Source: Planctomycetota bacterium (lineage in GTDB: Bacteria > Planctomycetota > UBA8108 > SXIK01). Taken from it: a stretch of DNA of 64,000 nt. The stretch is from NCBI GenBank assembly GCA_965223845.1, contig CBDCXR010000004.1, positions 1,888,001-1,952,000 on the forward strand. The letters are read 5' to 3'. Position numbers and translations under genes: made by a program. Within the stretch, counting starts at the first letter, position 1; each line of letters opens with the position of its first letter. Shown here piece by piece: positions 41,056-51,375 of the stretch. The notes under the pieces were generated by a model. It did no database searches and was not told the origin of the DNA. It saw only the letters and a program-made list of their open reading frames with translations.

Positions 41056-42240
41056 ATGACTTCACGCACCGTTCGACAGTGTGGACTCGCCGCCATGCTC
41101 TTCCTCGGGTTCGGAGCGGCCGCTCACGGACACGAGGGAACCTGGGGGGAGGTTCGCCCGTTGACTTCGATCGACGGAGGCGACACTCACGAGCTCCAGT
41201 CACCCGTGTCTGCGAACGGGAAGGAGATCTTCTTCGCCTCATTTCGTCCCGGGACGGCGAAGTGGGACATCTTCGTCGCGAGGCGAACCGATCCGGCGCA
41301 GCCGTTCGACGACCTCGAAAACCTCAGTACGCTGAACAGCGACGAGAGTGAGTACCCGTCCTTCTTGACGGCGGATGGTCTCGAGCTCTACCTGTTTTCG
41401 AATCGCGATTCTTCCGTCGCCAACGCGCACGATATCTTCGTGGCGAGACGTGAGTCCGTCGAAGCGCCCTTTGAGCCTCCCGAGCCGATCCGAGAGCTCA
41501 ACACCATCTATCACGAAGGCACGGCGACGTTGACCGCGAACGGCAAGGAGATGGCCTTCATCTCGAATCGTCCCGGAGGTGCCGGGAATCGCGATCTCTG
41601 GCTGGCTCGGCGAGACGAGATCGGAGCTCCCTGGGAGGTCGTCCGAAACATCCGCGAGCTCAACACGCCGGACCGGGATCGATCCCCCTCGCTTTCGGCG
41701 GACGGTTTGACGCTCTTTTTCGACCGTTGGCCGACCGCTGGCGCGGCGGCTGAGCTCTGGTGCGCGACACGCGATCCCGTGACCGGTTTCTTCCGGGACC
41801 CGCGGAGGATCACGAGCGCCGCGGTGAATTCAGCCGGCTGGAACGGTGTACCCGTGATCTCTGCGTCATGGCCAGCGGACGGCTCGGAGCTCTATTGGTC
41901 GCGCTGCGAGGGACCCTGCGAAATCTATGTCGCGACTTGGCGTGCGGGGGCGTCGTTTCTCCGCGGCGAGTGCAATGACGACGCTCGGGTCAACATCTCC
42001 GACAGCATCTTCGCGCTCGAGTTCCTCTTCGACGAACGGGCGGAAGAGCCGGACTGCGTCGCTGCGTGCGACGCTAACGACGACGGCGAGTGGAACATCT
42101 CCGATGCCGTCTACCTCCTCCAGCATCTCTTTGCGGGAGGACCGGAGCCACCGCCGCCCTTTCCGGACTGCGGATCGGACCTGGATCCGGACTCGGATCC
42201 GGATTCAAGTCTCCGTTGCGCGAGGGAGAGTTGCGAGTGA
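41056..42240 (+). CDS. Secreted TolB-like (PD40) beta-propeller with C-terminal dockerin-like domain
   Basis: Signal peptide; repeated P.LSADGL.L.F.S.R...DI.VA.R; tail FLRGECNDDARVNISD...DANDDGEWNISDAVYLL. Confidence 0.85.
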   Translation: MTSRTVRQCGLAAMLFLGFGAAAHGHEGTWGEVRPLTSIDGGDTHELQSPVSANGKEIFFASFRPGTAKWDIFVARRTDPAQPFDDLENLSTLNSDESEYPSFLTADGLELYLFSNRDSSVANAHDIFVARRESVEAPFEPPEPIRELNTIYHEGTATLTANGKEMAFISNRPGGAGNRDLWLARRDEIGAPWEVVRNIRELNTPDRDRSPSLSADGLTLFFDRWPTAGAAAELWCATRDPVTGFFRDPRRITSAAVNSAGWNGVPVISASWPADGSELYWSRCEGPCEIYVATWRAGASFLRGECNDDARVNISDSIFALEFLFDERAEEPDCVAACDANDDGEWNISDAVYLLQHLFAGGPEPPPPFPDCGSDLDPDSDPDSSLRCARESCE

Positions 42241-42633
42241 CCCGGGCGGGTTACGCCTTTCTTCGACTTCCGGCCGCGCGGCACCGGGCCTTCTCCGGCC
42301 GCGCTCGAGCGTCCTGACCATTCGCGTGCGCGTCTCCGCCTCGAAATCAGGCGGCCGGATCTCGATTCGGAGGACTCTGGGAGTCCTGAGCGCCGGATCT
42401 AGGGGATCGTGCAGGAGCTCCCGTTCTGGACCGAACCCGCTGGCGCGAGGCTGTCCGCTGGCCGTTTCGCAGCTGCGCCGTGAGCCGCCGGAAAAAGAAA
42501 AGAGAAAAGGAGTAGGGGATGGGGCCCAGGCCGTCGCGTAGAGGGTGACGCCGGAAGTCAGGAAGGCGTCGCCAGAACTCTCCCGGCGGGGAGGGGCACA
42601 CCACCACCACACTCCTAACCTCGGAGGCTCGTC

Positions 42634-43044
42634 ATGAACCGCATGAAGATCTACAAACTGACCCTCGCTGCCCTTCTCGGCACGTCGTGCTTCGTCGTCG
42701 TCGAGGCCGACGACGACGAGTCGTACTGGGAGCCTAGCGTCCAGAGCGGTGATACGGACGGCAACGGCAAGATCAACCTGACCGACGTCGTTTTTCTGGC
42801 CAATCACCTCTTTGCCGGGGGACCGGCGCCGGCGATTCCGACTTGCGCCGACCCTTTGATCCCTAGCAGCGGCTCCAGCGGCGATGTCGACGGCAGCGGG
42901 ACGCTCAACATCACCGACGTCGTTCACCTCGCCGAGTACCTCTTCAGCGGCGGAAGGGAACCGGTCGAGATCTTCTGCCTCGACGACTCGTGGTGGGACG
43001 ACGACTGGTGGTGGGGCGACGACTGGTGGTGGGACTGTTGTTGA
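42634..43044 (+). CDS. Small secreted dockerin-like protein with Trp/Asp-rich tail
   Basis: GGAGG RBS; signal peptide; GDTDGNGKINLTDVVFL and GDVDGSGTLNITDVVHL; ends DDSWWDDDWWWGDDWWWDCC. Confidence 0.82.
   Translation: MNRMKIYKLTLAALLGTSCFVVVEADDDESYWEPSVQSGDTDGNGKINLTDVVFLANHLFAGGPAPAIPTCADPLIPSSGSSGDVDGSGTLNITDVVHLAEYLFSGGREPVEIFCLDDSWWDDDWWWGDDWWWDCC
42982..43035 (+). repeat. Three tandem 18-nt coding repeats
   Basis: gacgactcgtggtgggac / gacgactggtggtggggc / gacgactggtggtgggac. Confidence 0.9.
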
Positions 43045-43439
43045 ACTCCGTCTTTTTCACCGGCCGCACGCGAGCGATCGGTCGTCCCCGATCGATCCCG
43101 CTGAGCGCCCGGTGAAGCGCCGTCACCGCTCTCGGCGGTCGGCGCCGGTCGATACGAAATCGACTGGCGCCGACCGAACTTCGTTTGGTGGGTGGGGCTC
43201 CGGTCGATATCCCGAATCTCGGGAATTCTCAAAAACGGCTGGTACATCCTCCCGCGCCGTCTACTGAGACTCCGACGGCATACATAGAAAGAACCTCCGT
43301 TTTCGGCCGACAGGGTCGGCCGGTGACCGGGTTCGCTTCGAAGGGCCGTGTGGAACGGTTCGACGTTTGTCGACGGGAATACCGTTCGTAGGCCCGCCGG
43401 ACCTCGGGCTTCGGCTTCGTCAGCATCCGGAGATTTGGA

Positions 43440-44291
43440 ATGAAGTCCACCCGGAAAGGCAAACGGATCGCTCTTGCCGCGGGACTCATCGTCGCCTTGC
43501 TCGCTGCGTCGATCGGGTTCATCTTCCGCGCTGAGATTCGCACCTGGTACGTGCTCTTCCCGCACTTCGAGAGCCTGGGCAGGAACGCACAGGGTCTGGC
43601 CGAGTACCGGCATCGGAAGTCCGACATTGTGATGGTCAGCCTGCCGGGAGGTCGGTTTGTGATGGGGGCCCACGAGGAGGATAAGTTTCAGCGCGAGGAA
43701 AACGAGACGCCGCTCCACGAGGTCACCCTGAGTCCGTTCATAATCGCGAAGTTCGAGGTGACACAGGAGCAGTGGTCGGCGGTGATGGGAACTAGCCCGT
43801 CGAAGTTAAAGGGGGACAAACTGCCGGTGGAACAAGTCTCGTGGAACGACTGCAAAGCGTTTTGCGAGAAAGTGGGATTGGCTCTGCCCACCGAAGCAGA
43901 GTGGGAGTATGCGTGCCGCGCCGGGACGACGACGAGCTACTCGACTGGCGATTCGAAGAAAGATCTTTCCCGCGTCGGCTGGCACGCCGCGAACAGCGGC
44001 GACCGCCCGCACACCGTCGGCGAGAAACCGGCGAACCCCTGGGGACTACACGACATGCACGGTAACAGCGGGGAATGGTGCGAAGATCTCTGGGACAAGG
44101 ACTTCTACGGGAAACCGGAGGCCAGCGGCAAAGACCCTCTCTGCCGTAGGGGTTATGGGCATCGGGTCATTCGCGGCGGTACGTGGGGCTCCGATGGCTT
44201 CTACTCCCGCTCGGCGTACCGCTTCAAGCTCGCGCCGACGGAACAGTCCAGTTCGATCTCGTTCCGTCCCGTCTGGCGTCATCCAGAGTAG
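43440..44291 (+). CDS. Membrane-anchored FGE-sulfatase domain protein
   Basis: TM, KFEVTQ, PVEQVSW, LPTEAEWEYACRAG, WGLHDMHGN, RGGTW; paralog of 24566..25447. Confidence 0.93.
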   Translation: MKSTRKGKRIALAAGLIVALLAASIGFIFRAEIRTWYVLFPHFESLGRNAQGLAEYRHRKSDIVMVSLPGGRFVMGAHEEDKFQREENETPLHEVTLSPFIIAKFEVTQEQWSAVMGTSPSKLKGDKLPVEQVSWNDCKAFCEKVGLALPTEAEWEYACRAGTTTSYSTGDSKKDLSRVGWHAANSGDRPHTVGEKPANPWGLHDMHGNSGEWCEDLWDKDFYGKPEASGKDPLCRRGYGHRVIRGGTWGSDGFYSRSAYRFKLAPTEQSSSISFRPVWRHPE

Positions 44292-44547
44292 GAGCGATCG
44301 CTGACGATGGATTGGGATTGCTGGAAATGTTCGCGAAATCGAGTTCTTTTTGGGGACTTCATCGGAAGCCGACTTCGGAAATGGAGCCACCGGGGCTAGT
44401 TCGAGTGCCTGACCAGACGGGATGAAGTCAACGGCGGGCGCCGAGGACGGGGCTTCTCGCGAGTGCGGACTCTTTACAAAACGCGCAAAGCGAAAAGAAC
44501 ACTTGGCTCTGGTGTGGCCAGGAATTCAGGCCTTGAAGAGAGCTCGA

Positions 44548-45780
44548 ATGAACGGCGGAATCCGAATCGCTTCATTGCTTGTGCTGATCGGTCTGGCTCT
44601 CATCGGGTGCGCCACAATCGGCGAAGAGACCAAGCGAGCGGCGCGTGAGGCGGTCCTTGCGGTGCGTCCCGACGTTGACTTGGCGGAGGTCGACATCGGC
44701 GTGCTCAGCTTTTGGAACGACCCTCGTCACGCGCTGTCCCGGCTCGACACCGACCTCGCGCGTCACCGGCGAGAGATCTACGAGGAGGCCATCGGCGTCC
44801 TCGCCCGCGCCAAGCTTCTGGATGATGCCGACCTTGCGAAACTCGATGAGTACTTTGTCGAGATCGACGTCGTCGGGCACTCCGGCTTGACGATAATGGC
44901 GTTGGGATCGATCTATCTTCACCCGGACCGCGCCGACGACGTTTCAACACTGGGTCACGAGCTCGCCCATGTGGCCACGCATAGAAAGGGCTACAGTGAC
45001 AACCGGAACGAGCGATACTTCTTACGCCCTGGCGGTAATCCCGATCCACGTTTCTTCGACCTGGACGCGTTCCTTGCCGACAAGATCCTCTGCGAGTCGG
45101 ACGCCGAGATCACCGAACGGATTGCAATGGCCTACCGCAAGGGCCACGACGCGGCGGTAGATGCGTTCTGGAGACAGACGTTTCCAGCGGACCCGCCGGA
45201 CGTCACGGGCCCTGCGGAGGTCGTGTACTCCGAAGGAACTCGCGTGCTGAAGGCAGGAGAGACGATGCACCTCCCTCGCAATCTGTTGGGTTCGTTCCAG
45301 ACGATCGCCTACCATGGCTCCCTCGCTCTAGTCCAGGCGAGACACCGCGACGGCGAACCGCTCGAGCAGACTCTCGCCCGCACGTGGTCGGACTATTCCT
45401 ACCAAACGAAGGAGGTCCTCTTCCCTCGCCAGGAGACGTCGCGGAGCCGCTTGGCCCCGGTGGCACGCCATCTCGCCGGTGAGGCGACGGGCGCGCTGCG
45501 CGCCGGAGCGTTCCTCGTCTGGGAGTTGCTGAAGAACCGAAGCGGCCTCGAGCGCGACGAGGCGACTGCGCTTACATCGAAGCTCGAGGACGACCTGATC
45601 GTGCGCACTAGAAAGACCGACTTCTGCTGGGTCACGGTCTGGGCTGACGAGGACGCTGCGAGGCAGTTCGCAGAGCTGTACCGTGAGATTCTCGGCGAAG
45701 GTAGCGTCGTCGCCGACAGCCGCCGGACGGTCGCCACGGTCGGTGATGCGGTGTACGAACGAAACTTGTTCGAAGACTGA
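44548..45780 (+). CDS. Putative lipoprotein with HExxH zinc-metallopeptidase motif
   Basis: Lipobox LIGC; TLGHELAH with a downstream CESDAE candidate third ligand. Confidence 0.72.
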   Translation: MNGGIRIASLLVLIGLALIGCATIGEETKRAAREAVLAVRPDVDLAEVDIGVLSFWNDPRHALSRLDTDLARHRREIYEEAIGVLARAKLLDDADLAKLDEYFVEIDVVGHSGLTIMALGSIYLHPDRADDVSTLGHELAHVATHRKGYSDNRNERYFLRPGGNPDPRFFDLDAFLADKILCESDAEITERIAMAYRKGHDAAVDAFWRQTFPADPPDVTGPAEVVYSEGTRVLKAGETMHLPRNLLGSFQTIAYHGSLALVQARHRDGEPLEQTLARTWSDYSYQTKEVLFPRQETSRSRLAPVARHLAGEATGALRAGAFLVWELLKNRSGLERDEATALTSKLEDDLIVRTRKTDFCWVTVWADEDAARQFAELYREILGEGSVVADSRRTVATVGDAVYERNLFED

Positions 45781-46129
45781 CGTCGGCAGCAACTCTTTCC
45801 GCAAGGCGTCGTCTGCGAAAAGGTCCCTCCGCCACAAGACCGTCTGCCTTCGGGACGGGGTACGACCAGTCCCGAACAATCAGAGACAGAGAGCGAGAAA
45901 ACGGCCGAAACCGGACCGAAGCACGCGCGTCCAGCGCCGCCCCGGTTCCGAACTCCGCATCCGTCCCGCAGCGCGCGAATCCCCCAAGCCCTCCCCAGAG
46001 CTCTCGACCCACCCCCTCCGCCGAGTGGGTCGCAAGCACCCGACCCGGCGGACGGAAAGGAGAAGCTCAGCGTTGGCGCGCAGCAAGAGGGGCCAGTGGT
46101 ACCGAAAGTTCCATGAGGCCCAAAGACGG

Positions 46130-46651
46130 CTACGGCGCACTTTCGTCTGGCGGCACCGGGCGCCGAGTGGTTCGTCCGGAGACGTCCTCGACTTCTTCGT
46201 ATAGTGGTGGTTCTGAGCCTACGGGCGAGCTTCGTTGCAGAACGAACACGACCTTAGCTGCCTCTTCGCTGGAACCCTTTGCCCTCGCGTCTGAAGACTC
46301 GTTCAGAGAAATCCGTAGAATGTCGCCATCGAGAGCGTAGACACCCTGCAAGTGTGAGTTCGGTGCGACAAAGTCAATCCACTGCGATCTGTGTTTGTCG
46401 GTATGGTACGCGAATTCCATGAGAACCGTTCCCGTTCCTCCCGTGAGAAAGACCTTCTCTTTCCTGAAGACCACCCCGGTGATTTCCTCCTGGCTGGGCC
46501 GTCCTCGCTCCTTGACGGAAATGACCTTCCATTCGCCATGAAGGTCTTTGACGTCTGTCTTGTCGCGAAGGACGAGCAGAAGCACCAACAGTAGCAGGAC
46601 AACGACCCCACCCAGTACGACGGCGCACGTTCTTGGTTTCAATCGTTCCAT
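46130..46651 (-). CDS. TIGR03067-like planctomycete domain protein
   Basis: TM, DLHGEWKVIS, IDF, GVYALDGDILRISL, VFVLQR. Confidence 0.8.
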   Translation of the reverse strand: MERLKPRTCAVVLGGVVVLLLLVLLLVLRDKTDVKDLHGEWKVISVKERGRPSQEEITGVVFRKEKVFLTGGTGTVLMEFAYHTDKHRSQWIDFVAPNSHLQGVYALDGDILRISLNESSDARAKGSSEEAAKVVFVLQRSSPVGSEPPLYEEVEDVSGRTTRRPVPPDESAP

Positions 46652-47422
46652 TGCTGAGCCCTGTTCCTTCGGTTTCCTGGCGCTTGACTCTGCCCCATGA
46701 AATGTCGTCTGGAACGGTCAGTTGAACTTTCTGACTTTCGTGCGTGAATGGGAAGGTTTCGACGAGGTCGTGGGCTCGCGTAAGGGGTTGCGAGCCCACG
46801 AGTCCTTCACCGAGCAACGAATTTGGGAAAGTTGCCGCCCCGACCGGAACCAGAAGGCGCCCCATGACACCTTCGGTACCACTGGGCCGAGAGGAACCGC
46901 AGACTTCGCGTTCGAAGCAAATCGTCACTTGTTCTGACGAACGGCCCAACAATCGGCGCGAACGCGCCTTCACTCTTTCCCGCCAAGAAGTCCGCGCAGC
47001 ATTCCGAGCACTTCCGTGCGCACCTCGGGGGAGAGGGCCGGCCACCGCCGGTAGAGCTTCGTGACGAGCTGGTCGAGCTCGTCAGTGGGGCCCACGAGGA
47101 TTCGCTTCCGGCTCGGTCCGCTCTCGCGCCGAAAGCGTCCGCCCTCGTTCCACTCGGAACAGAGGGGTTGCTCCCGTCCCGCGCCGAGCGTCTCCGGCGC
47201 GGTGACACCCGGATTCCTGTTCGTTCCGGAACAGCCAACCGCCGAGTCGCAAGTGACTACGTAGGAGAGGGGTTGTGTTGGTGAAGCAGTCGCGACCCGA
47301 TCCGAAATCGTCTCTGGGCCTAACCCGTTCATGGCGCCCTAGTTAGCCCTCCTGCCGCCCATCGGCGGCACCTATGAATTCCCTTCGGGTGGAAGCCAGC
47401 GCAACCCCATGCTAAAATTGGC

Positions 47423-47800
47423 ATGATGGACGAACACGCCAAACCTCTCTTCTGGTCGGATCGACTCTCGGCGACCTGCGCGAGTTCCCCGAGGACGTTC
47501 GAAACACGTTCGGATACGCCCTCTATCTCGCGCAGCGAGGAGACAAGCATCCGGACGCTTAGGGGATTCTCCGGTGCCGGCGTTTTGGAGGTTGTCGAGG
47601 ACTACCAAGGCGACACGTATCGCGCGATCTATACCGTCCGATTCCGCGGGAGAGTCTACGCGCTTCACGCTTTTCAAAAGAAATCGAAACGAGGAATCAA
47701 GACCCCGAAACAAGACATCGATCGCGTCAAGGAACGACTGCGGTGGGCCGCCGAGCTCCACCAGGCGTGGATGAAAGAACAGGAGGGACGTGATGACTGA
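47423..47800 (+). pseudogene. RelE/ParE (Gp49-like) toxin with two compensating frameshifts
   Basis: KPLFW start and GFSGAGVLEVVED...YRAIYTVRF...LHAFQKKS end are in one frame; the conserved VGSTLGDLREFPEDVRNTFGYALYLAQRGDKHPDA segment is in another. Confidence 0.8.
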
Positions 47801-48119
47801 CAAGCGAATCAGCGAAAGCAGCGGCAACGTATTCGAAGATCTCGAACTCACCGAGCCGGGGACGGCACTAGTCAAAGCTGAGCTAGCACGGCGTATCAGC
47901 GGCCTCCTTGAGGAGCGTGGCCTCAATCAGTCCGAAGCCGCCGAGATCCTCGGCATCGATCAGCCGAAGGTTTCTACACTCGTTCGCGGAAAACTCGCCG
48001 GCTTCTCTACCGACCGACTACTCAAGTTCCTCGTCGCGCTCGACTGCGACGTCGAAATCGCGGTTCGTCCGTCCACCCACGACACCTGCGGTATCCGGGT
48101 ACTCGCAGAGAACGGCTGA
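47793..48119 (+). CDS. XRE/HigA-type HTH antitoxin
   Basis: SSGNVFEDL, KAELARRI, LNQSEAAEILGIDQPKVS, GFSTDRL; overlaps the toxin stop. Confidence 0.92.
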   Translation: MTDKRISESSGNVFEDLELTEPGTALVKAELARRISGLLEERGLNQSEAAEILGIDQPKVSTLVRGKLAGFSTDRLLKFLVALDCDVEIAVRPSTHDTCGIRVLAENG

Positions 48120-48415
48120 CAAGCCTCACCTCCGAGGTTTCATGCAAACGTTTCCGCTCTCGTCCCTCGTTCATTTCGTGACACGGTACAGGCAACGATC
48201 CACTAGCGAGGCAGACCGACAAAACGATGCGAGGACTGGCAGGCTCGGCTTCTTGGTCTCGCGGGTTTGACTCGATCTGGTTTGGCGACCGAACTTCATG
48301 AGAAAAACTCGTGACGCCTTGCGCAAAGTGGTGGATCTTCGCTTTCCGGAGTTCGGAGAGTGCGACGAATTGTCAGACGTTGTCGCAAATCTGGCGGAAG
48401 TCGATGCGCATGTCG

Positions 48416-48542
48416 GTCTCTACACTCGTTCGCGGAAAGCTCGCCGGCTTCTCTACTGACCGACTACTCAAGTTCCTCGTCGCGCTCGACTGCGACGTCG
48501 AGATCGCGGTTCGTCCGTCCAACCGCGACACGAGCGGCATCC
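48416..48542 (+). repeat. Diverged 127-bp direct copy of the antitoxin 3' half (47970..48096)
   Basis: Near-identical DNA encoding VSTLVRGKLAGFSTDRLLKFLVALDCDVEIAVRPS. Confidence 0.9.
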
Positions 48543-48664
48543 TCGAGGCGAGTTCCGTGAGGTAAGAGGGTGGATTAGCGCTCGGCGCGGATCTATCCTC
48601 TTACGTCTCTTTCAACGACTGGTGATTCGCTTCTGTTGAGACCCTGTTTCGAATAGGTCACCGC

Positions 48665-50320
48665 ATGCACCTCCTCCTCCGTTTCGCTGTGTTTGTCGTC
48701 CTCGGCGTGATCCTTACACCATGGTCGAACGCGACTCCTTCGGCCGAGACTGAGCTGACCGCCGCGGCGAAGTCTACTGCGAGCAGCAAACGTCCCAACA
48801 TCGTCTTCTTCTTCAGTGACGACCTCACGACGCAGGCGATCTCGGCGTACCGGTACGGCATGGAGTTGCCGCCGACGCCGAACATCGATCGGTTGGCCGA
48901 GCAGGGCATGCTGTTTGAGAACAGCTTCTGCGGCAACAGTATCTGCACGCCGTCGCGCGGAACGGTCATGACCGGACTGCATAGCCACAAGAACGGCATC
49001 GTGCACCTCGGCGGCGCGCTCGATCCGAATCGTCCTTCGTGGCCCAAAGCGCTCAAGAGAAGCGGATATACGACAGCCGTGTTCGGCAAGTGGCACATGA
49101 AGACCAAGCCCAGCGGATTCGACGCTTGGGAGGTCTTTAGCGGCCAAGGCAACTACTACAATCCCGACCTCTACGGACCCGACGGCCAGCGCCGCATCCA
49201 AGGTCACTCGACGGACGTGGTGACCGATCTCGCTCTCGAATGGCTCGACAAGCGCGACAAGTCGAAGCCGTTCGCGCTTATGGTTCAGCACAAGGCTCCG
49301 CACCGCAATTGGAAGCCGAGCCCGACAGAGCTGGAACGCTTCAAGGGCACGGTGTTTCCCGAACCGCCGACACTGTTCGACGAGTACGAAGGCCGGGCGG
49401 CAGCCGCGAACCACAAGATGGGCATCGCCGATCACATGCGTCTGGCGGCCGATTTGATGGTGTTCAAGGACGAGGCGGACGCACAGAACGTGCTCGGTCG
49501 CCTGACTCCCGATCAGCGTGCCGCCTACGTCGCGGCATTCGCCGAAGAGAACAAGAAGTACCTAGAGAATCCTCCGACCGGAAAAGAGCGCGTGCGGTGG
49601 AACTATCAGCGCTACATGCGGATCTATCTGAGCTGCGTCGCCGGTGTCGACCGCAACGTCGGACGTGTGCTCGACCGCATCGATGGACTCGGCCTGACCG
49701 GCGATACCATCGTCGTCTACTGTGCCGACCAAGGATTCTATCTCGGCGAGCACGGCTGGTACGACAAGCGCTGGGCGTACGAAGAGTCGATGCGCATGCC
49801 ATTCATCGTCCGCTGGCCGGGCAAGGTCAAAGCTGGCAGCCGCGCAACGGCCATGATCCAGAACATCGACTACGCACCGACGTTTCTCGAAGCAGCAGGC
49901 GTGAAAGCTGACTGGGAGATGCACGGTATCAGCCTGATGCCGATTCTCACTTCGGGCGGTGCCACCCCGCCGAACTGGCGCGACACGCTCTACTATCGCT
50001 ACATCGACCGCGGACACGGAGTCGCGCGCCACAGCGCGATCCGCACGAGTGAATTCAAGCTGCTCTACTTCGATGCGCCGCGCACCGCCGCCGAAGAAGC
50101 GAGCCGCTGGGAACTCTTCGACCTGACGAAAGACCCTCAGGAGATGGTCAACCTCGCCGGTGACCCCAAGTTCGCGGACAAGCTCGCGTCGATGAAGAAG
50201 CGCTACCAGAAGACAAAGACGTTCTATGACGACACCGACGAGAGCGTCTGGGGCGGCCGGGGAGAGCGGTATCGCGACGAGGACTACATCCGGCCGCCGC
50301 GGCAGAGGCGGCGGCCTTAG
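48665..50320 (+). CDS. Sulfatase (N-acetylglucosamine-6-sulfatase-like)
   Basis: Signal peptide; PNIVFFFSDD, ICTPSR, GKWH, HKAPHRNW, DQGFYLGEHGWYDKRW.YEES. Confidence 0.95.
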   Translation: MHLLLRFAVFVVLGVILTPWSNATPSAETELTAAAKSTASSKRPNIVFFFSDDLTTQAISAYRYGMELPPTPNIDRLAEQGMLFENSFCGNSICTPSRGTVMTGLHSHKNGIVHLGGALDPNRPSWPKALKRSGYTTAVFGKWHMKTKPSGFDAWEVFSGQGNYYNPDLYGPDGQRRIQGHSTDVVTDLALEWLDKRDKSKPFALMVQHKAPHRNWKPSPTELERFKGTVFPEPPTLFDEYEGRAAAANHKMGIADHMRLAADLMVFKDEADAQNVLGRLTPDQRAAYVAAFAEENKKYLENPPTGKERVRWNYQRYMRIYLSCVAGVDRNVGRVLDRIDGLGLTGDTIVVYCADQGFYLGEHGWYDKRWAYEESMRMPFIVRWPGKVKAGSRATAMIQNIDYAPTFLEAAGVKADWEMHGISLMPILTSGGATPPNWRDTLYYRYIDRGHGVARHSAIRTSEFKLLYFDAPRTAAEEASRWELFDLTKDPQEMVNLAGDPKFADKLASMKKRYQKTKTFYDDTDESVWGGRGERYRDEDYIRPPRQRRRP

Positions 50321-50448
50321 CGCTATCGGCAGAGGCTCGTCCGACGAGGCCGCTTCAAGCAGCGGCGACAAAGTGTGGAATTCCCTGCTGCACCGCTCGA
50401 CGTCCTCTGCAGAATCCGCCGACGACTCAACCGACTCGGAGCAAAAAC

Positions 50449-51375
50449 GTGCGCAAGACAGCTCAACTTTTCTCGTTTGCCGCTCTTCTGGCTCTGTCTG
50501 GATGCAGCATCGGGGGCGGCGTCCGCGCCGAACGCGAACTTGAGCTGCGCCGGGATCTCGGGACGTTCGAGACGTTGGAAGTGCGCACACAAAACGGTCG
50601 CGTCGAAGTCCAAGGCGACAGCGAAACAGGCGAAGTGGTGGCGAGCGTCGTCAAGCACGCGCGCGGTAAGGATCAGGAATCTGCAGATGCGCACGTCGAG
50701 CAGGTGAGTGTCGAGTGGGCGTCGAAATCCAAACACCCGGACGTTCTCCAACTCGCGGTTCAGATTCCGGAGGCCATCAAACGTTACAGCCCGGGAGCGC
50801 ATGTCACCCTGCGAGTGCCGGCGAGGGTCGCACTGGTCTTACGGTCGAGCAACGGCAGTATCAAAACGTACGGCATTCTCGGCGATGTCGACCTGAGGAC
50901 ATCGAATGGTAAGGTCGAAGCGCGTGGAATCGAGGGTACGGTCGTCGTCAGAACGTCGAACGGTGCGGTGGAGCTCGGGAATGTCACCGGAAATCTGGTC
51001 GACGTCCAAACGTCCAACGGCAAGGTCGAGGCGTACAGCATCGGCGCGGCTAGCTCTCGCGTAAGAACCGCCAATGGCTCGATCGAGTTCGTCGCCGAAC
51101 AGCTTCCGGAAGGCTCCGGCCTCGACATGAAGACGTCCAACGGGTCGGTGAGCGTCCAGCTTCCTACGATCGAGCACGGCGAAATCGCGCTTAGGACATC
51201 GAACGGCCGCGTGAAGGTCGATCTCGGCGGTGTGCGAGCCGAGGTGCAGACCAAGAAGAAGAGCCGCTACGAAGCTCGAATTGGGAGCGGTGGCCCTCCG
51301 ATACGCGTCGAGACGTCGAACGGCGGGATCACGTTCGAGTCGACCGGGCTTCGTCGGGCGGTCACTTCTGAGTAA
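50449..51375 (+). CDS. DUF4097 family beta-strand repeat lipoprotein
   Basis: Lipobox LSGC; many TSNG.V repeats. Confidence 0.9.
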   Translation: MRKTAQLFSFAALLALSGCSIGGGVRAERELELRRDLGTFETLEVRTQNGRVEVQGDSETGEVVASVVKHARGKDQESADAHVEQVSVEWASKSKHPDVLQLAVQIPEAIKRYSPGAHVTLRVPARVALVLRSSNGSIKTYGILGDVDLRTSNGKVEARGIEGTVVVRTSNGAVELGNVTGNLVDVQTSNGKVEAYSIGAASSRVRTANGSIEFVAEQLPEGSGLDMKTSNGSVSVQLPTIEHGEIALRTSNGRVKVDLGGVRAEVQTKKKSRYEARIGSGGPPIRVETSNGGITFESTGLRRAVTSE

